A stretch of DNA of 64,000 bases from Carcharhinus amblyrhynchos (Eukaryota), in assembly GCA_965287045.1 (NCBI GenBank), contig OZ336882.1:19592001-19656000 (forward strand). The letters are read 5' to 3'. The position numbers and the translations under genes were made by a program. The notes under the pieces are model-generated. The model ran no database searches. It saw only the letters and a list, made by a program, of their open reading frames with translations, and had not been told where the DNA came from. Shown here one piece after another: positions 25,188-36,956 of the stretch (position 1 is the stretch's first letter; the number at the start of each line of letters is the position of its first letter).

Positions 25188-26646
25188 TCTGCCGTATACC
25201 TGCTCCCTGAACTTGTCACCTCACCTGCTGGCTTTCCTAAGGCATGAGAAACCCTGTTAGTGACAGGGTTTGTAAAACCTACAAAGAGATTGACTCTGAA
25301 ACTAGCAGTCAAATTGATATGGACAAAGTGCCAACCCACTTCCTGGTAGCATGTTGCCTACCTGCGTCTTATTTCACCTCTGTAAGACTCAGGAGTGGGT
25401 GAGATGGGATGGAGATTTAGATTTCTGTAATCTTTACCCCCAATAGCTCCAAAAGTATCCATCTTTGTGTGTTAGAATTCCTCACAGTGAGATTAATTAT
25501 GATAGCCAGACTGTTGTTCAAATTGATTCAGTACAGGCCAGGTACAAAGCATTGAATTTTCCCGATCTGTATTGGCCAGTAGGATTCTTCCAGATTCCTG
25601 TACAACTAACAGCTGAAGTGAGCCAGCTAACAGCTTAATGCAACAGCAAAGAATTTATTTCAGAATCCAAACTTAACCATCTACCATGATGAGATTTGAA
25701 CCTTAGACCCCAGAGCATTTCCCTAGGTTTACCAGTTCAATGACCTAAACCTCCAGGTCACACAGTGAAGAGGAAACCTCGATTTTGGCAACCCATTCTC
25801 ACTTACACTGAATGGGCAAGCTGTGGAGTGCCAAATCAATTGGCCCCGACTATCTTTTCATGACTAGCAGAGTGGAAGTGGTTTCAAAAAACAGTTTCAA
25901 ATTTAACTTTACTGAGCCTCTATTACCTGGAGAGCTGATGAGAGACAGCACACGTGTTCAGTTCTCTTCTAACAATGGCAATCCATACACACAATATCAG
26001 TTTGAACGTTAAAACATGTCTACTGCCTGAAACAGGCTGACTTTTAGGCCACCCGGATGTAGGCCACATTCAAAATGGACTGAGACTGCACTGGAAGCAT
26101 TCTGCACTAAGTAGAGCCCCACAGCCTTCTCATTCCTGCATTTGTGCCAGCCATGACATTATTAAAGTCTGGCTTGGTGTCAGACTTTTGTCCTCTGACT
26201 TCTGAACCATTAGGGTGCCCATTTTGCTGGTGTCATGACCTCTGCAAAATGGATCTTTTTCTAAAATAAAATGTTTGAAATATCTAAAGTGTAGCTTCAG
26301 ACCACCTGGATTTTTCATGAATGATGTTTCATGTGCTTTTTCCAAGACGATTGTTTAAAAGAGACATGTTTAAAAAAGTCACTTCTCACACCGCTTTCAA
26401 TATTAGCTTGGCCTTCATCATTATGCATGTCCAAGGTCATGCTAAGCTGAAACCCTTTATCTTTTCCTTCAGTTCTTTGTCCCAAACAAGTTGACCCAAA
26501 GCACCATGTTCTTCACCACTGGTGAGGCAAGGAGATAGATCCCAAATCCAGCCCAGCTGAGGTAGTGTTCAAACTCAATGCTGTTGCCACCAATCTGATC
26601 CACACACATTTGTTCCTTCAGGAGTGCACGGCAACATGCACTTTTA

Positions 26647-26998
26647 CATGGTGACACAGTGATTAACGTTGCTGCCTCACAGCACTAGGGACTCAGGTTT
26701 GATTCCAGCTTTGGGTGACTACCTATGTGGAGTTTACACGTTCTTCCCGTGTCTGCATGGGTTTCTCTGGGGGCTCTGGTTTCTTCTCACAGTCCAAAGG
26801 TGTGAAGGTTAGATGGATTCGTCATGATAAATTGTCCTTTAGTGTCCAAAGACGTGTAGGGCTTGGGAGATTAGCAAAATAAATATGTGGGGTTACACGA
26901 ATATGGCCAAGTAAGATACTCTATCAGAGAGTTGGTGCAGACTTGATGGGTTGAATGGGCCGCTTCTAGGTTATAGGGATGCTATGATAATTCTATGC
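26647..26998 (+). mobile_element. HE1-like SINE, tail type A
   Basis: Diverged HE1 head, core and tail. Confidence 0.8.
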
Positions 26999-27114
26999 AT
27001 TCACGTTGTAATCTTAGAGCAATGATTATTGATGGTAGAGGATGCAATTTCCTTTCCATCACACAAACAACCAAGAACGTTCTTACAGTCTGCTATGTAC
27101 GTTGAAAGGACTTT

Positions 27115-27437
27115 GGGAGGCATGGTACTACAGTGGTGAGCACTGCTGCCTCACACCACCAGGGACCCTGGTTTGATTCCCGGCCGGAGTCACTGTCCGT
27201 GTGGAGTCTGCACATTCTCCCCGTGTCTGCGTGGGTTTCCTCCAGATGCTCCGGTTTCCTCCCACAATCCAAAGATGTGAGGGTGAGGTGGATTAGAAAT
27301 GCTAAATTGCCCCCGAGTGTCAGGGGGACTAGCTAGAGTAAATACTTGGGGTTATGGGGGTAGGGCCGCGGCGCAATAATGGCCAGTACAGACCCGATGG
27401 GTCGAACGGCCTCCTTCTGCACTGTAGGATTCTATGA
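27115..27437 (+). mobile_element. HE1-like SINE, tail type A
   Basis: Full HE1 structure. Confidence 0.88.
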
Positions 27438-27474
27438 CTTGCGGATTGTTACTCACCCTGTTGAGATTGCATTA

Positions 27475-27818
27475 AGAATCATAGAAATCATAGAGTACAG
27501 AAAGAGGCCATTTGGCCCATCAAGTCTGCACCAACCACAATCCCAACCAGGCCCTACCCCCCAAATCCCACTATTTTACCTACTAATCCCTCTAACCTAC
27601 ACATTTCAGGACACTAAGGGCAATTTTTAGCATGCCCAATCAACCGAACCCGCACATCTTTGGACTGTGGGAGGAAACCGGACCACCCGGAGGAAACGCA
27701 CACAGACACGAGGAGAATGTACAAATTCCACATAGACAGTGACCCAAGCCAGGAATTGAACCCAGGTCCCTGGAGCTGTGAAGCAGCAGTGCTAACCACT
27801 GTGCTACCGTGCCACCCC
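27475..27818 (-). mobile_element. HE1-like SINE, tail type A
   Basis: Full HE1 structure on the reverse strand, tail-to-tail with 27115-27437. Confidence 0.88.
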
Positions 27819-28255
27819 AAATGAATAGGAGAACGCACGTTCCTGTGGCCATCAAGTCCTGGAGTGGGACTTGAAACCGAAGCTTCTGTTTCAGAGGCAG
27901 GGATGCTACCGACTGTGCAATGAGCCTTGTTCCCCTTATCTCTTCTTCAGAGCGATTATGTTGCCTTTCTTTAATTTAAAATGCCTTCGCAGGAATTTTT
28001 CAGCCGTTCACGCCGGTGGGATTCTCTGGCCCTGCTGCAGTGAACGGAAAATTGGCTGAGCACCAAATTCTCCATTATTGCTTGCAGTGGCAATGGGGTG
28101 TGAACATTCCAGTCCTTATAGAACGTATACTTAAAATTGAGTCTAATTTGAGGTTTATTGAATTTCAAATGTAGAGTATTGACTATAACTCAGAATAATA
28201 CTTACGTAAATGAGAGAAAGAGCATCAGAAGTATTCTCATTCAAATAAATGGAAT

Positions 28256-28750
28256 AGAATCGTAGAAACCCTACAGTGCAGAAGGAGACCATTCGGCCCA
28301 CTCCCTACACCGACAACAATCTTGCCCAGGCCCACTCCCTTGAAACCCACAATCCCCTGAGACTAAGGGGCAATTTAGCCTGGCTAATCAACCTGACCCA
28401 CACATCTTTGGAGTGTGGACAGAAAGTGGAGCACCTGGATGAAACCCACACAGACATGGGGAGAACATGCAGACTCTGCAAGATGGTGATCCAAGGCCAG
28501 AATTGTCATAAGTCAGTTAGGATTGTATTCACTGGAGTTTAGAAGAGTGTGAGGGGATCTCATAGAAACTTATAAAATTCTAAAAGTGTTAGACAGTGTA
28601 GATTCAAAAAAAAAAGTTCCAATGGTAGGAGAGTCCAGAACCAGAGGTCATAGTTTGAAGATAAGGGGTAAAGCTTTTAAGACTGAGGTGAGGAGAAATT
28701 TCTAGCATTGTGAGACAGCAGCGCTAACCGCTATGCCACCGCACCGTCCC
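28256..28750 (-). mobile_element. HE1-like SINE containing an internal CR1 fragment (28506-28702, + strand)
   Basis: The SINE breaks at CCAAGGCCAGAATTG and resumes at TAGCATTGTGAGACAGC. The intervening DNA is CR1 ORF2 (LGLYSLEFRR..IETYKIL..KTEVRRNF). Confidence 0.8.
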
Positions 28751-29234
28751 TTTCGTTTACTTTTCCCCTCACAAATCATTTAACTCTTTATTTTCCTGCC
28801 ATTTTGTGTTGAATCACACTGGGAATGAGAAGGGAGGTCCCATATACTGAGCCTCAGGAAATCGTAGATGTTTGTTTGAAGTTTCTGAAGGAGTTAGTAC
28901 TAGTAATTATGGTACAGTCACCCCTTAGGTAACTTAACAAAAAACCGTACAGGTCAATCCTCGCTGCTCCACACAGTGAAAAATGTTACATTCTGTTTTA
29001 TTGTGATAGATTGGCATTTATTTCATCTTTTGTTTGAGTAAATTTTCTCCTTTGCCACTGACTTATTTAATCAGTGTGAAATTGAATATTATCCACATAG
29101 GGTTTTTATTTAATGCCTTTGAGGCTGTGCTGAGTAATTTAAGTCCTGACCACGATCTGGGCAGCCCATTCTTTATATTTTTTGTTCCTCAGTGCTTCTC
29201 TCTTTATTCTTAACTTAGCATACTTCCAGCTTTG

Positions 29235-31165
29235 AAACCTAGAAAGTAGAAGCAGGAGGAGACCACTCAGCCCTTTGAGCCTGCTCCGCCGTTCATTTTG
29301 ATCATGGCTGATCCTCGAATTTAATATCCTGATCCCCATTTCCCCAATAACCCTTGGTTCATTGAGCCTCTAGAGTTATATCTAATTTCTTCTTGAAATC
29401 AGGCAACGTTTTGGCCTCAACGACATTCACCACCCTCTAGGTGAAGAAATTTCTCCTCACCACAGTCCTAAAAGATTTACCCCTTGTCTTCAAATGATGG
29501 TCCCTACTTCTGGACTCTCCCACCATTGGGAACATTCTTTCTGAATCTACCTTGTGTAACCCTGTAAGGATTTTATAAGTTTCCATGAGTTCCCCCCTCA
29601 CTCTTCTAAACTCCAGTGAATATAATCCTAACTGTCTTAGTCATGCCTTGTATGACAGTCCCACCATCCAGGAATCAGCCTGGTAAACCTTTGCTGTACT
29701 CCCTCTGTAGCAAGAACATTCTTCCTCAGATAAGGACATCAAAACAACACACAATGCTCCAGGTGTGCCCTCACCAATGCCCCATATAATTGCAGCAAAA
29801 CACCTTATCTCTTTACTCAAATCCTCTCATAATAAAGGCCAACGTACCATTTGCCTTCTTTACTGCCTGTACCTGCATGCTTACTTTCAGCGACTGATGC
29901 ATGAGGACTTCAAGATCTCTCTAAGCATCCACCTCTCTCAATTTACACCCATTCAAGTAATAATCCCGTCCTATTATTGTTACCAAAGTCGATAATCTCA
30001 CATTTATCCACATTATACCACATCCGTCATGCAGATGCCCACACACTCAGCCAGTCCAAATCACACTGAAATATCTCTGCATCCTCCTCACAGCTCACCC
30101 TGCCACCCAACTTTGTACAATCTGTAAATTTGGAGAAAACATGTTCAGTTTCCTCTTCCAAATCATTAATATATAATGTGAATAGTTGGGGTCTGAGCAC
30201 AGATCTCTGCAGAACCCCACTAAGTCATTAACTGCCAATTAGAAAAAGACCCAAATATGCCAGCTCTTGGCCTTCTATCTCCAAACCAGCTTTCTACCCA
30301 TCTCAAGACATTACCTGCCATCCCATGTGCTTTAACTTTATATAGCAGTCTGTTATGTCAAAAGCCTTCTGAAAGTCTAAATCAACACCAACTATCAGTT
30401 CTCCTCAGTCAACTCTACTAGTTATATCCTCAAAGAATTCCAATAGATTCATCAAGCATGATTTCTCTTTTGTAAATGCATGCTGACTTTGTCTGATTAT
30501 AACTCTGTCTTCCAAATGCTGAGTTATGAAATCATTGATAATGGACTCTAGCAACTTTCCCAGTACTGACATTAGGCTCACTGGTCTGTAGTTCCTTATT
30601 TTCTCTCCATCTCCCTTTTCGAATAACGGGCTTACATTGGCTATCTTCCAATTTGTAGGAACCAGTCCAGAGTCCAAAGAATTTTGCAAAATAACCACCA
30701 ATGGATCTACTATTTCTGGGGCCGCTTCCTTAAGTACTCTGGGGTGAAGAATATCAGGACCTGGAGATTTATCCGCTTTTAATCCCATCTATTTTCCCAA
30801 AACCATTACTCTACTCATACTGATTTTCTTCAGCTCCTCACTAAAACATGTTTCTCCCAGAACTTCTGGTATATTATTCACGTCTTCTTTTGTGAAGACT
30901 GAAGCAAAGTACAAATTCAATTCCTTAGCCTTTTTCCCCCATTATAAATTCTCCCATTTTTGTGCGTAAGGGGCCTACATTTGTTCTTGTCAATCTTTTT
31001 CTTTTTACACACCTATAGAAACTTTTACAGTCCATTTTTATGGTCCCCATTTTTATACACACTTCCATAGAGTATTTTCATACTGTATTTTTCCCTTCTT
31101 AACCAATCCCTTGGTCCTCCTTTGCTGAATTTTAAACTGCTCCCAATCCTCAGGCCTATTGCTGG
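29235..31165 (-). mobile_element. CR1 LINE, ~1.9 kb, decayed and internally deleted
   Basis: ORF 30405-30788 KSPGPDILHPRVLKE..NYRPVSLMSVLGKLLE..SQHAF..SCLMNLLEFFE (RT); CR1 3' UTR at 29235-29340. Confidence 0.92.
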
Positions 31166-31536
31166 TCCTCCCTCATGTAATGCGTGGTGTGTGGAGAGTG
31201 TGAAACCAAAAACGCTGAGAAACATATCGCAGTCTGGCCCTATTAGAATCAACTCTTTTCACTCCTAACGCAATCTGACGTGCAATCCTTGAAATGTATA
31301 TATAACTTTCAGTTACTTACATTTCTTTCATCAGTAACTTGCAAAAACTGAGTTTGATGTTTAGGATTTTAACCAAAGGCCCCTAAGTTGTGGTCAGTCT
31401 TACCAGTTGATAACTTTTTATCTTCACCAGTTTTGACCCCACTCCTCAAAGGTAGCAACTTGTTTTGGGATCCAATTCTCTGGGCAGTGTGCACGGTGTA
31501 AGTCTCAGTGGAAAGTGTTCGGAGCTTGTTTAATGA

Positions 31537-31860
31537 TAGAATCATAGAAACCCTACAGTACAGAAAGAAGGGCATTTAGCCCATTGAGTCTGCACTGACC
31601 ACAATCCCACCTAGGCCCTACCCCCATCTCCTTACATATTTACCCACTAATCCCTCTAACCTACGCATCTCAGGACGTTAAGGGCAATTTTTAACATGGC
31701 CAATCAAGCTAACCCACACATCTTTGGACTGTGGGAGGAAACCCACGCAGACACGAGGAGAATGTGCAAACTCCACACAGTCAGTGACCCAAGCCGGGAA
31801 TCGAAGCCGGGTCCCTGGAGCTGTGAAGCAGCAGTGCGAATCACTGTGCTACCGTGCCGC
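31537..31860 (-). mobile_element. HE1-like SINE, tail type A
   Basis: Reverse-strand full structure. Confidence 0.88.
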
Positions 31861-31981
31861 ATCATAAATAACTTCCAACCAAGTCCATACAATTGCAGCA
31901 GGTATCATTGAGTAAAGCTCAATGGCAGCAACATTGCTCAAATATTTTTCTACCCCAAACTCAGGTGCCGGGGCAAATTGT

Positions 31982-32827
31982 AAATCTGGGCTGGGACCAG
32001 CTGAACTCAGCAAGACTGCAAGAATAAACCTGGGATATAAACTAGCCTCGTGCACCAGCCATTCATTGCTGAAACCAACTCGGTGTCAGTGAATGTCACT
32101 GATATCACTTTTGAGATAAATGCAGGAACAAACCAAGGCACATGTCAGCTAGTTAACATTACCAGAATAAATGAGCTCAACATTTCAGCACTGGTTTTAT
32201 TGCTATCCCTGAACGTCCCCATCTAGACTTCCACCACTCTCATTAGACACTATACAAAAACTGAACCAAACAATCTGGCAGCATAACTAAACCACAAAAA
32301 GTGGGATCCTGCCACTACTGGAACAAGATTATTGACCAGCTTTATCCTACAGAGGGTGGTCACAGTGAAGTTAAAGTGCCACGGCATTAATTACGAGAAG
32401 AATAAAAGGAGCAATATTGTAAACGTTAAATCTGTTATAATAAAGTCTCATTCTTTTCTGGTTCGAGTGATGCAGTTCACCTGGAGTGTATCTTTTCAAT
32501 TCTGAGATCTGGATCTGATGATCGTTTTAAGTCATTCGTGGGACATGGCCGTCTCTGGCTGGCTAGCACTTATTGCCCATCCCTAGTTGCCCAAGAGCAG
32601 TTGAGAGTCAACCACATGAGCTGAAATGTTGAGCTCTTTTTTTCTGGTAATGTTAACTAGCTGACATGTGCCTTGGTTTGTTCCTGCATTTATCTCAAAA
32701 GTGATATCAGTGACATTCACTGACACCGAGTTGGTTTCAGCAATGAATGGCTGGTGCACGAGGCTAGCTTATATCCCAGGTTTATTCTTGCAGTCTTGCT
32801 GAGTTCAGCTGGCCCCAGCCCAGATTT
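31982..32827. repeat. 208-bp inverted duplication (31982-32189 vs 32620-32827), 430-bp spacer
   Basis: The arms are reverse complements with about 4 mismatches by manual comparison. Confidence 0.95.
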
Positions 32828-33097
32828 GTGATGTGGCTGTGGCTCTGGAGTCACGTGTAGGCCAGGCCAGGTAAGGATGACAGATTTCCTTCCCTAAAGA
32901 ACATTAGTGAACCAGATGGGTTTTTTCCTGACAATTAACAATGGTTTTTGTGGTCATCAATAGACTTTTAATTCCAGACTTTTTTAAAATTGTATTCAAA
33001 ACTCCACCATCTGCCGTGGCGGAATGCAAAATCAGGTCCTCAAAACATTGGCTGAGTTTCTGGATGAATTATGATAATACTGCGAGGCCATCGCGTC
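32530..33097 (-). mobile_element. SINE-2 copy interrupted by the 208-bp inverted insert
   Basis: Core GAGAGTCAACCACAT | GGCTGTGGCTCTGGAGTCAC is split by the insert; remainder matches 9528-9885. Confidence 0.85.
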
Positions 33098-33538
33098 CTA
33101 AAGGCCAGAATTTTACCCTTTACTTTCGGATGTGCTTCCAACGTGGAAGCACTGGAAATCGCCTGATATTTCAGTCAGTGGGCACACATGGGAGTCCTAA
33201 GTGTGCCCGCCAACAATTAGTCACTTCGATAAGGCATTTAAAAGTGCAGGCGACTGGAATTTAACATTTTCCATGTAATTTATCGGTCGGCACCTGGGCA
33301 ACATGGGGAGGCGGCCATCCTGTTGTTTCACTTTTTTCACCCAAGGACAGCATAGAAAGGGGGCTGGAGCATTGGCTACGGGAGTTATTAGGAGTTGAGG
33401 CGAGTTTACTTTAGTCTTGAGATTTCAGACCTTTATCTCTATTATTCTGTTTTGTTCATCTTGTTCTGACGACTTTTGTTTCGTCAACTCAGTTTCTACC
33501 CTTCAGTGCATGGGGCAGTGCCATCTGCATTTCAGTAG

Positions 33539-35150
33539 ATGGGAATTGTGTACTCCGCTGGGGGCACCTCCTCTGAGGAGGAAGTGAGGTGCAGAAGGGC
33601 GAGATGGCCAGGTGTCCGAAGACAGGCATCACAGAGAGAGACCCATGGGAGGGGAGGTGCTGGCACAAGGGATGCAGAGCACCACAAAAAACTTTGCTGC
33701 CAGTGTACAGGCAGTGATCCAGCTACCTCAACATATCTGAGGTCCAGTGCCTCTGGGGGAACATTATGACACCATTGTGTCACGAGTAGGCCAGAGATTG
33801 CCTCCAACATGTCAGTGGGCACCAAATTCCAGTACCTCTGGAGGTCACAGTCAGTAACACTCAATTTTTATATACAGATTTTTCCAGGGGCCAGTGGGGG
33901 ATCTGTGTGGAGTGTCCCAATCAGCTGTCCATTGCTGTGTCAGCTGATGCTCTGTTCAGACCAGGTCTGCGCATCCATTACTGGATGCACCAAGCCATTG
34001 GGCTGAGCAAGGCAGAGATATTGCATCTATTGCTGGCTTCACCCCACATACATAGAAATATAGAAAAGAGGAGCAACAGTAGGCCTTTCAGCCCATCAAG
34101 CCTGCTGTGCCATTCAATACGATCATAGCAGATCTTCATCTCCACACAATACTCCCATACTCTTCCCATTACATGTGACATCTTTAGAGTCTAGAAATAT
34201 ATTGATTTCCTTCTTGACTATATTCAATGACTTGGCCTCCATGATCTTCTGTGGTAGATAGTTTCACAGATTCGCCAGCCCCCGAGTGAAAAGATTTCAC
34301 CTCATTTCACTCCTTAATGGTCTAAATGGTCCCATTCAGAACACTCATGCAGTCATCAAGGTTCCAGAGGGTCAGCCAGGCGTCTTTGTAAATAGGAAGG
34401 TTTATCACTCCATCAATGTCTAGATAGTATGTGACCACAGGACCCAGATTCTGTGGAAAGTCTGTGAAAACTTCCAAGGTAGCTCCCCTGATGCATGCAG
34501 TGTGTGACACTCCCAGGTGCCCAGGCTGTTCCTGGCTGCAGCTTAGATGGACGGTTGGTTGATGGGGGACAAAGTTATTTGTTGAAAAGCTGGATCATGG
34601 CATCACTCTGGCACCCGAGGACAGAGTCAGCAGTGTCATGGCTCCAGTGATTGAGAGGACAGTAAAGCTGGGGCATTGCCAAGGTGGCAGGCAGAGTGGT
34701 GCCAGCCTCTTCTATGGTTGAAAGCTACATCCAGGGTCGGCATGCTATTCCAGTATGAGAGGTTGAAGAAGATGCTCTATAAAAAAAGCTAGCCAATGTC
34801 TTCAGACAAACAGCAAGCTTATTTTAAAAAAAACTGCTTAGGAAAGAGGAAGAACTTCAGATTTAATTAACCATGGAGATGAGGTTCCATTCCCGAGGGA
34901 AGTCCTGCATCACCCTCCAGAGCTCTTGTCACTTATTGCTGTGGTTTGCTGAGCTCTGCACAACCTGGCACTGGTAAAGGGGAACCAGTCAAGGATGAGG
35001 ATATCAAGGCAATTCCACATGTCACAGAGGAAGATCATGGATCTGATGAGAAGACCGGGCAGGGTGAGAATGATAAGCCAGACTTAAGGAGACTTCAGAG
35101 ACACGGGCACCAGAGAGGCTGTGATTCAATTCTCCTTCAGCTGGGCTGCC
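33539..35150 (+). pseudogene. Harbinger (HARBI1-like, DDE_Tnp_4) transposase pseudogene
   Basis: Collinear motifs across frames: VYRQ*SSYLNISEVQC, TLNFY, FQGPVGDLCGVSQSAVH, IASIAGF, GPIQNTHAVIKVP, FVNRKVYHSINV*IVCD, GWLMGDK, VIERTVKL, EMRF, VVC*ALHNLAL. Stops, frameshifts and two insertions. Confidence 0.88.
34050..34321 (-). mobile_element. CR1 3' fragment inserted in the Harbinger transposase
   Basis: CATAGAAATATAGAAA..AGTAGGCCTTTCAGCCC CR1 tail; the transposase motifs resume after it. Confidence 0.8.
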
Positions 35151-36602
35151 AAGGCTTCCCTTCGATCTGAGTGCAAGGGCGCTTTCTCCACATTCATGGC
35201 TAATAAAGTGCCATGACCCCAATGCCCCCGCATAACCCCCGTGATAAAATTTGTTTCCCCTGCCATTTATCGTAAGACACTGAATGAGCGCTGCACCTAC
35301 GGAAAACATGAAGCGACCCTCAGGGCACTGAAACAAAATCTTGATCTATATTTTTCATGGCGATGCAAGCAAAACATAACATGGTTACCACAGTTACACA
35401 AAAATAATACATTGCAGTGACAAGATGAATGAACGTCACCCATTAAAGTCCCTTCCTGTGCTCACTGTGCCTTTTAACTTATGTTTGTGAGTGCTCTGTC
35501 TTAGTGCGCCCACCACCTCCCATCCCCCCATCATTGACTATGGCACTGGAGGCAGATTGCTGATTCTGCTGTCATGTCGGCCTTGGTGACCTGGGCGGTT
35601 GTCCCTGGTTGGCGGTTGTCCTCTAATTGATGGTGCCTGAGCAGACTCTACCTGAGAGGGTGTGCCTAGTGACATAGCTGGGCACTCCCTCGTTATTGAA
35701 TCCTCAAAAGATGGTATCAGGCAGAAAAACTGCCATCTTGTAAGTAGTGCTTTCCAGGTAAGATTCGATCACCTTTCAAAATCCCAATGGGGAACAAGCC
35801 ATCCAGCCCGGTTTCACAGAGATGAGAGCCATCTTTAAAGGCCCCTACCTGCACAATTTCAAAGCAAAATGACAAGCCCCCTCCCCACCCACCCACCCAC
35901 CCTTCCCCCAAAGAAATGGAAACATCCTGCAGGCCAATGGAGCACCCCCACATCTTCACTACTGAGGGGCAGTAAATGTACAGGTCACTCCCACCCCACA
36001 CAATACAGGTCTGAGGGTGGCCAAAACTAGCCCAATCAAAGGCATCACCCACACCAACACCCAGTCCACGAGAGAGACATTCCAATACGGAGCTGGCCCT
36101 TCCTCAGGTCCCCCACCCGCTCTCCCCCTTCAGTGCCCATCTGTTCAGGCATCACTCCTGAAGTGCTGGCCTGGTACTTCCTACTGCTACCCTGGGATTG
36201 CCACCCTGAGAGTGCCACCCTGAGAGTGCCACCCTGAGAGTGACAGTGTCATCGTGACACCATGGTACTCCAGTTTCACTGTCACTGCCAGGGTATCACT
36301 ACAAGGGTGTTGGTGCCAAGATGGCAGGGGCATTGCCAAGGTGGCAGGTGGCGTGGTGCCAGCCTCTTTTACAGCTTAAGCTACTTCTTGGGCAAGCATG
36401 CTATTCCAGCATGAGAGGTTGAAGAAGACCCGCTGTAGAAGTCAGCCAAAGTCTTTAGACAAAGAACAAGCCTTTTTTTAAAAAACTAAATGCAGTTAGA
36501 ACCAGCTGTTGACAAGAGGAGGCACTTGAGATCAAAGAGAAAGCCTGTTAGAAAGAACTTCTATTCAAAAAGAGGAAGTACTTCAGATTTAATCAACTAT
36601 GA
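34670..36602 (+). repeat. Diverged direct duplication (34670-34876 vs 36327-36602)
   Basis: Shared GGGGCATTGCCAAGGTGGCAGG..GTGGTGCCAGCCTCTT..GCATGCTATTCCAG.ATGAGAGGTTGAAGAAGA..AAAGAGGAAG.ACTTCAGATTTAAT. The second copy carries ~80 extra bp. Confidence 0.85.
36185..36242 (+). repeat. 14-bp tandem repeat (TGCCACCCTGAGAG), 3 exact copies plus 1 degenerate
   Basis: Directly visible. Confidence 0.9.
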
Positions 36603-36652
36603 AGGACAACAAAAACAAACAAAGCTGCTGCCTGCTCTGAAATGCTTTAGAC

Positions 36653-36956
36653 CTGTCAATCAGAAGGCTAGTGTAAAATTGTATGTAAATAAAGCATTTC
36701 AAAGCATTTAGCCTTCTCAGCATAGCCAGAGACTTGAAAATAAACTGGTGTGAAAAAAAAGAATGGGGCTCCACTCAACATCTGTGGTGAAGAGAGGAAG
36801 ATTTGAACCTTACTGGAGCGCCAACTGATTTTATCAACTATGAACTGTTCAATCAGCATTGTAGCTGTCAATCAAGGCAATGGTCAGACAGCATCTGTGG
36901 CTCATTCAGGCGACAAAGAGGAATCCCACTCGTGAATCCAAATCGCCTGTCAATCA
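36653..36956 (-). promoter_or_regulatory. Cluster of three PBX-MEIS/PREP decamer motifs (TGATTGACAG)
   Basis: CTGTCAATCA at 36653, 36865 and 36947. Function untested. Confidence 0.4.

Larger units (their letters stand above)
33102..36365 (+). mobile_element. Decayed Harbinger/PIF DNA transposon
   Basis: Left end TAA|AGGCCAGAATTTT, transposase remnant 33539-35150, GC-rich short repeats near 36185-36365. The right terminus was not found and the extent is approximate. Confidence 0.6.

Noticed and set aside
31982-32827. DNA transposon with 208-bp TIRs, or a miRNA hairpin
   Set aside because: The right arm sits inside a SINE whose two halves flank it, there is no TSD, and the 430-bp loop is far too long for a pre-miRNA.
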